64,000 nucleotides of DNA from Eledone cirrhosa (lineage: Eukaryota). Under the pieces are notes generated by a model. That model was not told the origin of the DNA and ran no database searches. It saw only the letters and a list, made by a program, of their open reading frames with translations. The position numbers and the translations under genes are program-made. This document shows, in pieces, positions 36,310 to 51,200 of this stretch. The stretch covers positions 32,736,001-32,800,000 of the forward strand of contig OZ024740.1 in the NCBI GenBank assembly GCA_964016885.1, in the 5' to 3' direction. Position 1 is the stretch's first letter. Every line of letters begins with the position of its first letter.

Positions 36310-36499
36310 ATGAAGGAAGTGTGGTAAGGAACCAGATGGACCATAACGCACTAGAGTACTCAATATTTAAGGTAATAGATTGGGTAATAGGAAAATGTGT
36401 AACCCCGACGGCAGACCTTAAGCTGTTTCAACGGCTATTTTGCAGTCCAGAAATAGCCGTCGAAACGGCTTGAGCTCTGCCGTCGGGGTTAAACATTTT

Positions 36500-36504
<5 letters not shown>
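36310..36504. mobile_element. Short Penelope-like fold-back element carrying the 3' half of a hammerhead
   Basis: 54-bp arms 36387-36440 and 36451-36504 (5 mismatches); GAAACGGC...GCCGTC; flanked by (TA)n. Confidence 0.5.
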
Positions 36505-36543
<39 letters not shown>

Positions 36544-37412
36544 CAGTTGACCCCCGGTATTCGTTCCTAGAGAACCTGTGAAGAGTGAAACAATGCAACT
36601 ATTGGATACGGTCCATAAAAACGCCTATAAACATCAAAATATAACAAAATATAATAAAAAAAGAGGGACCATTTTATGTGAAAGGGCGCCCAATAGGTTG
36701 GCAAATACGGTATATTGTTAATTATTTAGAGTTTAAAAATATATATATTGCTGGTATGGACATGTGATGCGTATGAAGGATGACAGCTGCATAAAAAGGT
36801 GCAGAGCACTAGAAGTTGATGGAAACCGCGGAGTGGGGAGACCCAAGATGACTTGGGATGAGGTGATAAAAGCCGACCTTACCCAACTACACCTCTCAAA
36901 GTCAATGACACACGACCGTGACTTCTGGCGTCACGCAGTAATACAGGGTACCCGACCTCCCATGGGTACATGCTGAAGCATATAAACAATATGCCCCCAC
37001 TCCCCCCACCGCAAGGTGGTCGTGGAGGTGGCAAAAAAGCACCCAGCCCACACTGTAAAGTGGACGTGTAGGCGCCACGAAAAAGCACCCAGCACTCACT
37101 GTAAATGAGGTTGGTGTTAGGAAGGGCATCCAGCTGTAGAAATCAAGCCAGATCAGTTCCTGTATGAGCAAGGCATGGTCAGCCGACCAGACACTGCCCA
37201 CAACAGGACAACTCGTCTAACCCATGCTAGCGTGGAAGAACGGACGTAAAACGGTGATGATGATGATGATGATTGCTACGAAAAAAGCCATTAAAAAAAA
37301 TCGTGGAAGATATTAACGATTCTGTGAATATGCGGGGATTTCCATGAACATTAGTTAGGTTCTATGGAAAATTCCACAAATAAGCGTGGCCATGAATGCC
37401 AGGGGTACACTG
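36544..37412. mobile_element. Tigger/pogo-like MITE interrupted by an RTE fragment
   Basis: Degenerate TIRs cagttgacccccggtattc / gaatgccaggggtacactg. Confidence 0.6.
36753..37271 (+). mobile_element. 5'-truncated RTE LINE with 6-bp TSD
   Basis: Highly similar to 25885-26405; attgct duplicated at 36747-52 and 37272-77. Confidence 0.9.
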
Positions 37413-38506
37413 TGGGTGTATATATATTTATCCTTATAGTTGTATAGATGATATACATGCCCTCTGATGAGAACTCCAAAATCTTTGAAAATCCATTCAA
37501 GGTATTTATTTTTTTAATTTACAGGGAAATATTTGGAATGTTAACATGTCTACATATTAAAAGTGTAAATTTGTACACACATTTACCTCTATATTGTATT
37601 ATAACATATTTATGTGCACGCGTTACATACTACATATATATCATCATAATCATTTTACATCCACCTTTCCATGCTTCCAGGAGTTGCACAACACAGCATC
37701 TCTCCATTTGTCTGAGCCCATCATCTACTCCGTGAGATTCAGTGATTTGAGATCAGCTCTAACATGCACACACTGCTCTACCAGTCTTGCTACCAACAGC
37801 AAAAAGCACTTAGGCCACCTTGTAAGGTTGACATGCTGATGACAACTAAATGTTAAAGAAGCCATGACAAAACTAAATACAAATCTTCCACTCCCACAAA
37901 GCATTTTTACTTGAATAAAGAAAATAACTTCATCACAAGAAGCACCTTTATTTGTTAACTAAGAAGAAACTCTCTTTCACGATGTTTATAAAGTCCTCTG
38001 AAGAGCTGCTGAAAGAGTACATAATTTTAATCATTGAAGAGTCAACAAAATACTCAGGAGAAGCAGTATACATAGCTGACCTAGAAATCAAGCTTGCTTT
38101 TTTTCTTTCTTTTTTAGTTTACTCACTTGAACTCTAAATAAAGCAATGAAAAGCATTTGAGTCATTGGTAGAATTATTATTAGCAATGGAAAATATTTAC
38201 TAAGTTTTAAAACGGTAATTGAGTATTTATTTGTTTCTTATAAATCTTTGATACATAAACATCACTTAGACGATGACAAAAACATATTCACATAGACATT
38301 CAAAGACATGCCATACAGGAATTGGTGTTGATTTTACTAAGGTCAACGAAGATGAAGCAAATCAAAGAACAATCCAACCATGACCATACTGTCATTTCTT
38401 TTAGAATGTAATCTGGATATTATTCTAAAAGAAATGTGTCTTTTTAAAAAAAATTGTGATTTGAGGAAAATTAGGCTGCTATTTTTAACAGGTTGAATAT
38501 ACAGAG

Positions 38507-38760
38507 CAGGGTTTCTCAACCTGGGTGATGAATAACTGAGCAGAAAATGGGGGGGGGGGTATTAAGGCATTTCAAGATATGCTACCCAAAAACATTCAAA
38601 GATGTGCAAAGAACCAGAATAAAAAAAAGACCTAAATGGGAATAACGAACCAGTAACAAACTTTTACAGTATGCATTTGAATATTTACCATACAGGTGGG
38701 CAGTGGAAAATTTTTATATGTGAAAGCGGGCAATGACTCAAAAATGTTTAGGAACCCCTG
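38507..38760. mobile_element. hAT-type MITE
   Basis: TIR cagggtttctcaacct / tgtttaggaacccctg. Confidence 0.65.
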
Positions 38761-38794
38761 ATAGGGGCTCCTTCACTGGCTCGAAACACACACA

Positions 38795-38895
38795 CTGGCC
38801 TAGCAATTAAGGTATTGACCCAAGATAAGATTGTGGGTTTGATTCCTTAATTAGGCAGTATGTAATGTTCTTTAGCAAGACACTTTATTTCCTAT
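38795..38895 (+). mobile_element. Degenerate SINE head
   Basis: tggcctagcaattaagg...gggtttgattcc...agcaagacactttatttc. Confidence 0.55.
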
Positions 38896-39285
38896 TAGTA
38901 CTGGGTCCCGTCACAAAAACGCCCAAGAAAACCCCGATGAGATACAACTTGTAGGAAGCCAGCTAAACCAGCATGGCTGAGAGCTGTAAATTTCATTTAA
39001 TTTTTAATAGTCACACAAACACTGAACATATTCAAAGTCATTTCCGGGCAGCAATTATGTAATTTATGCAACTAAAAGCAGTAAGGTTCACATTACTCTT
39101 AATATAGTCTAAATAGCCTTATATAGATTTGTGTTCATCAACCTGTGAGATTGAGTCTAATTCTGCCAGGTGATATTGTGTCATTTATAGCCAATGTGCT
39201 TCACTTCTGACACATCTGAGTATAGATGACAGATGCCATATTCCTTGATATCATCCACACATACAAAGCTCACAACCGCTAATTA

Positions 39286-39919
39286 CCATATATACTTGAA
39301 TATAAGCAGATCCCCTATTTTAAATACCTATGTCTCTGATGTCCAAATGGCTAAACATCAGCAAAAGGGCACCAAGGAGTCATGACCTGAATGCGGCCAG
39401 CCCCCTTAGTGTGCACAAAGTTAATGGCTGAAACACTTGCTTGATGGGGGGGTTCTTTGAAAACGTTCTGCTGTCCAGCTCCCCTGAGAGTTTCTTAACA
39501 CTGGCTGAGAAATGAGCAGAAATCTAAACACTGTATAAACAATGGCAGGTAATCAACACATTATGTTTAGATGCCGCAGTTTTGAAATTCTCTTGAGTGG
39601 AGAATATATTTATGAAGTTTTAATATTTAAAATGTGTTATGCGTTGTTTAGAATAAAGTTTTTGTTTCACAACTCCATTATGTAATGATTTTTTTTTTAC
39701 TAGTTTTCAACCAGTTTTGAAGGCTATATTCTTTCAGTGAAACTGGTGCACTATTCACCTTCAAAGTGAAACCAGTGAAAATATTCTAGCAACTCATTTA
39801 TGTGGAATTTGAAGTTGGTGAAAATCAGCAAAATATTGACCTCGAATATAAGCTAACCCCATATTTTATCATAAAATTTTTTGTCACATATTTCAAGGCT
39901 TATATACAATTATATACAG
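39286..39919. mobile_element. pogo/Tigger-like non-autonomous element (longer relative of 19396-19577)
   Basis: TA-flanked TIRs ccatatatacttgaatataagc / gcttatatacaattatatacag; shared internal gtgaaaatca..aaaatattgacc. Confidence 0.65.
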
Positions 39920-40613
39920 TAAGTCTCATTGTGATGGTGTGTGAGCAAATCTATTAGTTCTCATGCAAATTGTAAGTAATCACACACCATTGAAATGTCA
40001 TAAAATATCTTCATATATTGTATGGCCTGCAAACTCTCTTGCCTCCTAAATTGAAGCCTACGTGTCACTCTTTAAGTAAAGAGCTTCAAAGTTTCTGATG
40101 AATTAATCAGTACAGGTCTGATGGGATATGTCTAGATTGCATGAAGACAATACCTGCATGTGAAAGGTTGTGGTGAGAAGAGTAGTATATACTATATAGC
40201 AATGAGTGTTGTAAATGTTCCACAGAAGGAATAGTGTGACTATAAAGTCTAGGAGATAAAGGCATATTTGCTGCCTGTATGCTTCCAATTTCACATTGCA
40301 CATCCAGCTAAGCTCTTTTTTGTAAACACTTCCTTCACATCACATACAATATAAATATTTTTTCTAATCTCTACTACCTAATAAAACCACAGGTCTTAAT
40401 TATCCATTCCTCATCCCATCCTCCCATATGATACACACCACTACTAAATCATATCTTCAAACTCCCCAATCTTTCTCTTTATCCCAATATTTAGAAGTAT
40501 TTTCATGAATAATCGCTCTAACTGTATAAATATATAATTTATTAACCTTATTTCCAGCATTTTCAAAGGTGCTGTAGATGGCCATAAGTAACAACTCAAC
40601 CAAACTCTCTTAA

Positions 40614-40819
40614 CCCTGTAGCATTTACATTACTCTATATATACTATTATATTTTTCATGGTAAAGGCATTTCCTCACATATCAAACCTATCAGATTTTG
40701 GTATTATTTATGTTGAGAACAATACCTTAACATCAGTATGAACGGCTGGTTACAGGCAGTTTGAACAGAGACAGGTGAGAGAATTCTGATTGGATATGGC
40801 CAGTTTAAATGCTAAAATG
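40614..40819. mobile_element. piggyBac-type MITE (copy 2)
   Basis: TTAA-flanked, homologous to 11099-11317. Confidence 0.85.
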
Positions 40820-40959
40820 TTAATCTCTTCAGTAATTACCAGTATGGGTTCCATAGTGTTTGCTCCCTATGTCTTGCATAGATGGCATCTCACCATAAAT
40901 CTCTGAAAAGTCTAGCATGAAAACATGCTAGCTAAATTGCTTGCCTGTTGGTTCCATTC

Positions 40960-41560
40960 AACTCTCATATTTTACAAAGTTTCTTTGTTGGACCATTCTT
41001 ATGCAATGCATGTAAATAGTCTTTGGACAGTTTCCATCAACTCAGGGATACATCAATGTTCAATTATGTCAACCACATTCTTTTTCTCTCCTTAAGCTTT
41101 TGTTCACAGGTATATTTCTATTAACAAAGACCTTCAAAAACTTTCTATGGAGAACAACAACCCAGGAGATGACAATGGTATGCTCCCTTTCAAGAATGCT
41201 GAGTGAGTTCAGTGCAATACAGACTACTCCAACAGCACGAATACAAGATCACACTTGTCATATTGAGGAAAATCTTATATCACAGCTTCCCTAGAAATGA
41301 ACATTACATAAAGGATAGCCCTACCAATCTTTGATGGATTGTCATGACAGTCTCCTATTTGGCAATGTTATTGCCAAAACTACACCACAAAGAATAGGAT
41401 TCCTATCTACAAACAAGAAATACTTCAGCCCCGATGAGTTGCTGAAATTTTATGAAGCTCAAGTAAGACACTCATTGCAGTCCTGCTTGCATACCTAGGA
41501 TGTTGTTGTCAATATACAAAAACATCATAATCCAAGGTATTTGCTTGAATCACTCACGCC
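40960..41560 (+). mobile_element. Very old LINE RT/C-terminal remnant (CR1/Jockey group)
   Basis: AKTTPQRIGFLSTNKKYFSPDELLKFYEAQVRHSLQSC resembles the LY...VRP.LEY motif region. Confidence 0.5.
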
Positions 41561-42249
41561 ATACCTACTGACTTGCAAACGCTCTTATCTTCACTCTACT
41601 TCTTTCTACTGATTCCCAAATGTTATTTTTTCTCTACTTTTTCCATCACTACTACAATTAGTTGCTGACCTTAACTAACTGCCAACATACTTCTCACCAC
41701 AAATATTGATAAGCCCATCTTCCTCTCACTAACAAATTCCACTTCAGTCCCATATTCCTGCTACAATGTACATAGTCATCAAGTCCTAAAACTATATTCT
41801 AACCCAACAAGGCTATTAACCCTCATGATGTTATTTTCTTTAACTTTAATCCGTACTCTCAAGTTAGCTCCTACCCACACCAAAATCTCTAACTTTTCTC
41901 ACTCAACAAGGATCTGCTACAATTTATGGAAATGACACAATGTGTCCCACATTGCAAGGCTTACCTCTCTGACTCTTCCACCTACTAAACTATTACTTTG
42001 ACTTCCAATAAATAAAAAGCAACTGAGACAGTTGCAAACAGCAAATCCTCTGCCACCATGCATTTCTTTCTGTTTTCATTAACCATTTTTTGTACATCGC
42101 ACAAATGGCCTTTAACACCTCAGAATATTGGCACAAAGGATGACATTTTTGCCATCAGCAAATCCTTTAACTATGACTGGTATGAGAACCACCAAGAAAA
42201 ATTTCTTGCCATTGTACTTAAACCATACATAATCTTTAGTGAAAATGTT

Positions 42250-45200
42250 GTCAACATTTAATGTCTGTTTTCCCAGCTATCAATAGGACCAGTTATATCA
42301 ACACTTACTGTCTGTCTTCCCTCCTACGAATAGTTACAGTTATATCAACATTTAAGGTTTGTCTTCCCGGAAAATTTAACTTCTCATTTCCCTGCTATCA
42401 ACAGTTCCAGTTATATAAACATATAACATGTCTAACCTGCTATCAACAGTTCCAGTTATATCAACATATAACATGTCTAACCTGCTATCAACAGTTCCAG
42501 TTATATCAACATATAACATGTCTTCCTTGCTATCAAAGTTCCAGCTATATCAACATATAACATGTCTTCCCTGCTATCAACAGTTCCAGTTATATCAACA
42601 TATAACATGTCTTCCCTGCTATCAACAGTCCCAGTTATATCAACATATAACATGTCTTCCCTACTATCAACAGTTCCAGTTATATAAACATAACATGTCT
42701 AACCTGCTATCAACATATAACATGTCTAACCTACTATCAACCGTTCCAGTTATATCAACATATAACATGTCTTCCTTGCTATCAACAGTTCCAGTTATAT
42801 CAACATATAACATGTCTTCCCTGCTATCAACATATAACATGTCTTCCCTACTATCAACAGTTCCAGTTATATCAACATATAACATGTCTTCCCTGCTATC
42901 AACAGTTCCAGTTATATCAACATATAACATGTCTTCCCTGCTATCAACAGTTCCAGTTATATCAACATATAACATGTCTAACCTGCTATCAACATATAAC
43001 ATGTCTAACCTGCTATCAACAGTCCCAGTTATATCAACATATAACATGTCTTCCCTGCTATCAACAGTTCCAGTTATATCAACATATAACATGTCTTCCC
43101 TGCTATCAACATATAACATGTCTTCCCTGCTATCAACAGTCCCAGTTATATCAACATATAACATGTCTTCCTTGCTATCAACAGTTCCAGTTATATCAAC
43201 ATATAACATGTCTTCCTTGCTATCAACAGTTCCAGTTATATCAACATATAACATGTCTTCCCTGCTATCAACATATAACATGTCTTCCTTGCTATCAATA
43301 GTTCCAGTTATATCAACATATAACATGTCTTCCCTGCTATCAACATATAACATGTCTTCCCTGCTATCAACAGTCCCAGTTATATCAACATATAACATGT
43401 CTTCCTTGCTATCAACAGTTCCAGTTATATCAACATATAACATGTCTTCCTTGCTATCAACAGTTCCAGTTATATCAACATAGTACATGTCTTCCCTGCT
43501 ATAAACATATAACATGTCTTCCCTGCTATCAACAGTTCCAGCTATATCAACATATAACATGTCTTCCTTGCTATCAACAGTTCCAGTTATATCAACATAT
43601 AACATGTCTTCCCTGCTATAAACATATAACATGTCTAACCTGCTATCAACATATAACATGTCTAACCTGCTATCAACATATAACATGTCTAACCTGCTAT
43701 CAACAGATAACATGTCTTCCCTGCTATCAACAGTTCCAGTTATATCAACATATAACATGTCTTCCCTGCTATCAACAGTTCCAGCTATATCAACATATAA
43801 CATGTCTTCCTTGCTATCAACAGTTCCAGCTATATCAACATATAACATGTCTTCCCTGCTATCAACAGTTCCAGTTATATCAACATATAACATGTCTAAC
43901 CTGCTATCAACAGTTCCAGCTATATCAACATATAACATGTCTAACCTGCTATCAACAGTTCCAGCTATATCAACATATAACATGTCTTCCTTGCTATCAA
44001 CAGTTCCAGCTATATCAACATATAACATGTCTTCCCTGCTATAAGCATATAACATGTCTTCCCTGCTATCAACATATAACATGTCTTCCCTGCTATATAA
44101 CATGTCTAACCTGCTATCAACAGTTCCAGCTATATCAACATATAACATGTCTTCTCTGCTATAAACATATAACATGTCTAACCTGCTATCAACAGTTCCA
44201 GCTATATCAACATATAACATGTCTTCCTTGCTATCAACAGTTCCAGTTATATCAACATATAACATGTCTTCCCTGCTATCAACATATAACATGTCTAACC
44301 TGCTATCAACATATAACATGTCTTTCCTGCTATCAACAGTTCCAGTTATATCAACATATAACATGTCTTCCCTGCTATCAACAGTTTCAGCTATATCAAC
44401 ATATAACATGTCTTCCCTGCTATCAACATATAACATGTCTTCCTTGCTATAAACAGTTCCAGTTATATAAACATATAACATGTCTTCCCTGCTATCAACA
44501 GTTCCAGTTATATCAACATATAACATGTCTAACCTGCTATCAACAGTTCCAGCTATATCAACATATAACATGTCTTCCTGCTATCAACAGTTCCAGTTAT
44601 ATAAACATATAACATGTCTTCCCTGCTATCAACATATAGCATGTCTTCCCTGCTATAAACATATAACATGTCTAACCTGCTATCAACATATAACATGTCT
44701 TTCCTGCTATCAACAGTTCCAGCTATATCAACATATAACATGTCTAACCTGCTATCAACATATAACATGTCTTCCCTGCTATCAACATATAACATGTCTT
44801 CCCTGCTATCAACATATAACATGTCTTCCCTGCTATCAACATATAACATGTCTTCCCTGCTATCAACAGTTCCAGTTATATCAACATATAACATGTCTTC
44901 CCTGCTATCAACAGTTCCAGCTATATCAACATATAACATGTCTTCCCAGCTATATCAACATATAACATGTCTAACCTGCTATCAACAGTTCCAGCTATAT
45001 CAACATATAACATGTCTTCCCTGCTATCAACATATAACATGTCTTCCCTGCTATCAACAGTTCCAGTTATATCAATATATAACATGTCTTCCTGCTATCA
45101 ATATATAACATGTCTAACCTGCTATCAACAGTTCCAGCTATATCAACATATAACATGTCTTCCCTGCTATCAACATATAACATGTCTTCCTTGCTATCAA

Positions 45201-48200
45201 CAGTTCCAGTTATATAAACATATAACATGTCTTCCTTGCTATCAACAGTTCCAGTTATATCAACATATAACATGTCTTCCTTGCTATCAACAGTTCCAGT
45301 TATATCAACATATAACAGGTCTTCCCTGCTATAAACATATAACATGTCTTCCTTGCTATCAACAGTTCCAGCTATATCAACATATAACATGTCTTCCCTG
45401 CTATCAACAGTTCCAGTTATATCAACATATAACATGTCCTGCCTGCTATCAACAGTTCCAGCTATATCAACATATAACATGTCTACCTTGCTATCAACAG
45501 TTCCAGTTATATCAACATATAACATGTCTACCTTGCTATCAACAGTTCCAGTTATATAAACATATAACATGTCTTCCCTGCTATCAACAGTTCCAGTTAT
45601 ATCAACATATAACATGTCTTCCCTGCTATCAACAGTTCCAGTTATATGAACATATAACATGTCTTCCCTGCTATCAACAGTTCCAGCTATATCAACATAT
45701 AACATGTCTTCCCTGCTATCAACATATAACATGTCTTCCCTGCTATCAACAGTTCCAGTTACATCAATATATAACATGTCTTCCTGCTATCAATATATAA
45801 CATGTCTAACCTGCTATCAACAGTTCCAGCCATATCAACATATAACATGTCTTCCCTGCTATCAACATATAACATGTCTTCCTTGCTATCAACAGTTCCA
45901 GTTATATCAACATATAACATGTCTTCCTTGCTATCAACAGTTCCAGTTATATCAACATATAACAGGTCTTCCCTGCTATAAACATATAACATGTCTTCCT
46001 TGCTATCAACAGTTCCAGCTATATCAACATATAACATGTCTTCCCTGCTATCAACAGTTCCAGTTATATCAACATATAACATGTCCTGCCTGCTATCAAC
46101 AGTTCCAGCTATATCAACATATAACATGTCTACCTTGCTATCAACAGTTCCAGTTATATCAACATATAACATGTCTACCTTGCTATCAACAGTTCCAGTT
46201 ATATAAACATATAACATGTCTTCCCTGCTATCAACAGTTCCAGTTATATCAACATATAACATGTCTTCCCTGCTATCAACAGTTCCAGTTATATGAACAT
46301 ATAACATGTCTTCCCTGCTATCAACAGTTCCAGCTATATCAACATATAACATGTCTTCCCTGCTATCAACATATAACATGTCTTCCCTGCTATCAACAGT
46401 TCCAGTTACATCAATATATAACATGTCTTCCTGCTATCAATATATAACATGTCTAACCTGCTATCAACAGTTCCAGCCATATCAACATATAACATGTCTT
46501 CCCTGCTATCAACATATAACATGTCTTCCCTGCTATAAACATATAACATGTCTTCCCTGCTATCAACAGTTCCAGTTATATCAACATATAACATGTCTTC
46601 CCTGCTATAAACATATAACATGTCTAACCTGCTATCAACATATAACATGTCTAACCTGCTATCAACAGTTCCAGCTATGTCAACATATAACATGTCTTCC
46701 TGCTATCAACAGTTCCAGTTATATCAATATATAACATGTCTAACCTGCTATCAACAGTTCCAGCTATATCAACATATAACATGTCTAACCTGCTATCAAC
46801 ATATAACATGTCTTCCTTGCTATCAACAGTTCCAGCTATATCAACATATAACATGTAATCCCTGCTATCAACAGTTCCAGCTATATCAACATATAACATG
46901 TCTTCCTTGCTATAAACAGTTCCAGTTATATCAACATATAACATGTCTTCCCTGCTATAAACATATAACATGTCTAACCTGCTATCAACAGTTCCAGCTA
47001 TATCAACATATAACATGTCTTCCTTGCTATCAACAGTTCCAGTTATATCAACATATAACATGTCTTCCCTGCTATCAACATATAACATGTCTAACCTGCT
47101 ATCAACAGTTCCAGCTATATCAACATATAACATGTCTTCCTTGCTATCAACAGTTCCAGTTATATCAACATATAACATGTCTTCCCTGCTATCAACATAT
47201 AACATGTCTAACCTGCTATCAACAGTTCCAGCTATATCAACATATAACATGTCTTCCCTGCTATCAACAGTCCCAGTTATATCAACATATAACATGTCTT
47301 CCCTGCTATCAACAGTTCCAGCTATATCAACATATAACATGTAATCCCTGCTATCAACATATAACATGTCTTCCTTGCTATCAACAGTTCCAGTTATATC
47401 AACATATAACATGTCTTCCCTGCTATCAACATATAACATGTCTTCCTTGCTATAAACATATAACATGCATGTCTTCCCTGCTATAAACATATAACATGTC
47501 TTCCTGCTATCAACAGTTCCAGTTATATAAACATATAACATGTCTTCCCTGCTATCAACATATAACATGTCTTCCCTGCTATAAACATATAACATGTCTT
47601 TCCTGCTATCAACAGTTCCAGTTATATCAACATATAACATGTCTAACCTGCTATCAACAGTTCCAGCTATATCAACATATAACATGTCTTCCTGCTATCA
47701 ACAGTTCCAGTTATATAAACATATAACATGTCTTCCCTGCTATCAACATATAACATGTCTTCCCTGCTATAAACATATAACATGTCTAACCTGCTATCAA
47801 CATATAACATGTCTTCCCTGCTATCAACAGTTCCAGCTATATCAACATATAACATGTCTAACCTGCTATCAACATATAACATGTCTTCCCTGCTATCAAC
47901 AGTTCCAGTTATATCAACATATAACATGTCTTCCCTGCTATCAACATATAACATGTCTTCCCTGCTATCAACATATAACATGTCTTCCCTGCTATCAACA
48001 GTTTCAGTTATATCAACATATAACATGTCTTCCCTGCTATCAACAGTTCCAGCTATATCAACATATAACATGTCTTCCCAGCTATATCAACATATAACAT
48101 GTCTAACCTGCTATCAACATATAACATGTCTTTCCTGCTATCAACATATAACATGTCTTTCCTGCTATCAAGAGTTCCAGCTATATCAACATATAACATG

Positions 48201-51200
48201 TCTAACCTGCTATCAACATATAACATGTCTTCCTGCTATCAATATATAACATGTCTTCCTGCTATTAACAGTTCCAGTTATATAAACATATAACATGTCT
48301 AACCTGCTATCAACAGTTCCAGCTATATCAACATATAACATGTCTTCCCTGCTATAAACATATAACATGTCTTCCCTGCTATCAACATATAACATGTCTT
48401 CCCTGCTATCAACAGTTCCAGTTATATCAACATATAACATGTCTTCCTGCTATCAACAGTTCCAGTTATATCAACATATAACATGTCTTCCTTGCTATCA
48501 ACAGTTCCAGTTATATCAACATATAACATGTCTTCCCTGCTATCAACAGTTCCAGCTATATCAACATATAACATGTCTTCCTTGCTATCAACAGTTCCAG
48601 CTATATCAACATATAACATGTCTTCCCTGCTATCAACATATAACATGTCTAACCTGCTATCAACATATAACATGTCTAACCTGCTATCAACAGTTCCAGC
48701 TATATCAACATATAACATGTCTTCCCTGCTATCAACAGTTCCAGTTATATCAACATATAACATGTCTAACCTGCTATCAACAGTTCCAGCTATATCAACA
48801 TATAACATGTCTAACCTGCTATCAACAGTTCCAGCTATATCAACATATAACATGTCTTCCTTGCTATCAACAGTTCCAGCTATATCAACATATAACATGT
48901 CTTCCCTGCTATAAGCATATAACATGTCTTCCCTGCTATCAACATATAACATGTCTTCCCTGCTATATAACATGTCTAACCTGCTATCAACAGTTCCAGC
49001 TATATCAACATATAACATGTCTTCCCTGCTATCAACAGTTCCAGTTATATCAACATATAACATGTCTAACCTGCTATCAACAGTTCCAGCTGTATCAACA
49101 TATAACATGTCTTCCCTGCTATCAACATATAACATGTCTTCCCTGCTATCAACATATAACATGTCTTCCTTGCTATCAACAGTTCCAGCTATATCAACAT
49201 ATAACATGTCTTCCTTGCTATCAACAGTTCCAGTTATATCAACATATAACATGTCTAACCTGCTATCAACAATTCCAGCTATATCAACATATAACATGTC
49301 TTCCCTGCTATAAACATATAACATGTCTAACCTGCTATCAACAGTTCCAGCTATATCAACATATAACATGTCTTCCCTGCTATCAACATATAACATGTCT
49401 TCCTTGCTATAAACAGTTCCAGTTATATAAACATATAACATGTCTTCCCTGCTATCAACAGTTCCAGTTATATCAACATATAACATGTCTAACCTGCTAT
49501 CAACAGTTCCAGCTATATCAACATATAACATGTCTTCCTGCTATCAACAGTTCCAGTTATATAAACATATAACATGTCTTCCCTGCTATCAACATATAAC
49601 ATGTCTTCCCTGCTATAAACATATAACATGTCTAACCTGCTATCAACATATAACATGTCTTTCCTGCTATCAACAGTTCCAGCTATATCAACATATAACA
49701 TGTCTAACCTGCTATCAACATATAACATGTCTTCCCTGCTATCAACAGTTCCAGTTATATCAACATATAACATGTCTTCCCTGCTATCAACATATAACAT
49801 GTCTTCCCTGCTATCAACATATAACATGTCTTCCCTGCTATCAACAGTTCCAGTTATATCAACATATAACATGTCTTCCCTGCTATCAACAGTTCCAGCT
49901 ATATCAACATATAACATGTCTTCCCAGCTATATCAACATATAACATGTCTAACCTGCTATCAACAGTTCCAGCTATATCAACATATAACATGTCTTCCCT
50001 GCTATCAACAGTTCCAGTTATATCAATATATAACATGTCTTCCTGCTATCAATATATAACATGTCTAACCTGCTATCAACAGTTCCAGCTATATCAACAT
50101 ATAACATGTCTTCCCTGCTATCAACATATAACATGTCTTCCTTGCTATCAACAGTTCCAGTTATATAAACATATAACATGTCTTCCTTGCTATCAACAGT
50201 TCCAGTTATATCAACATATAACATGTCTTCCTTGCTATCAACAGTTCCAGTTATATCAACATATAACAGGTCTTCCCTGCTATAAACATATAACATGTCT
50301 TCCTTGCTATCAACAGTTCCAGCTATATCAACATATAACATGTCTTCCCTGCTATCAACAGTTCCAGTTATATCAACATATAACATGTCCTGCCTGCTAT
50401 CAACAGTTCCAGCTATATCAACATATAACATGTCTACCTTGCTATCAACAGTTCCAGTTATATCAACATATAACATGTCTACCTTGCTATCAACAGTTCC
50501 AGTTATATAAACATATAACATGTCTTCCCTGCTATCAACAGTTCCAGTTATATCAACATATAACATGTCTTCCCTGCTATCAACAGTTCCAGTTATATCA
50601 ACATATAACATGTCTTCCCTGCTATAAACATATAACATGTCTTCCCTGCTATCAACAGTTCCAGTTATATCAACATATAACATGTCTTCCCTGCTATAAA
50701 CATATAACATGTCTAACCTGCTATCAACATATAACATGTCTAACCTGCTATCAACAGTTCCAGCTATGTCAACATATAACATGTCTTCCTGCTATCAACA
50801 GTTCCAGTTATATCAATATATAACATGTCTAACCTGCTATCAACAGTTCCAGCTATATCAACATATAACATGTCTAACCTGCTATCAACATATAACATGT
50901 CTTCCTTGCTATCAACAGTTCCAGCTATATCAACATATAACATGCAATCCCTGCTATCAACAGTTCCAGCTATATCAACATATAACATGTCTTCCTTGCT
51001 ATAAACAGTTCCAGTTATATCAACATATAACATGTCTTCCCTGCTATAAACATATAACATGTCTAACCTGCTATCAACAGTTCCAGCTATATCAACATAT
51101 AACATGTCTTCCTTGCTATCAACAATTCCAGTTATATCAACATATAACATGTCTTCCCTGCTATCAACATATAACATGTCTAACCTGCTATCAACAGTTC

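Noticed and set aside
39989-40030. Possible upstream KDM6A exon ending ...TFQW on the minus strand
   Set aside because: Only 39 bp between AG and GT, wrong phase, and no match to the expected FLYGLGLVYF peptide.
40282-40305. Plus-strand FQFHIAH resembling the next KDM6A exon peptide
   Set aside because: Wrong strand and order relative to the real exons, no splice acceptor, and similarity stops after 6 residues.
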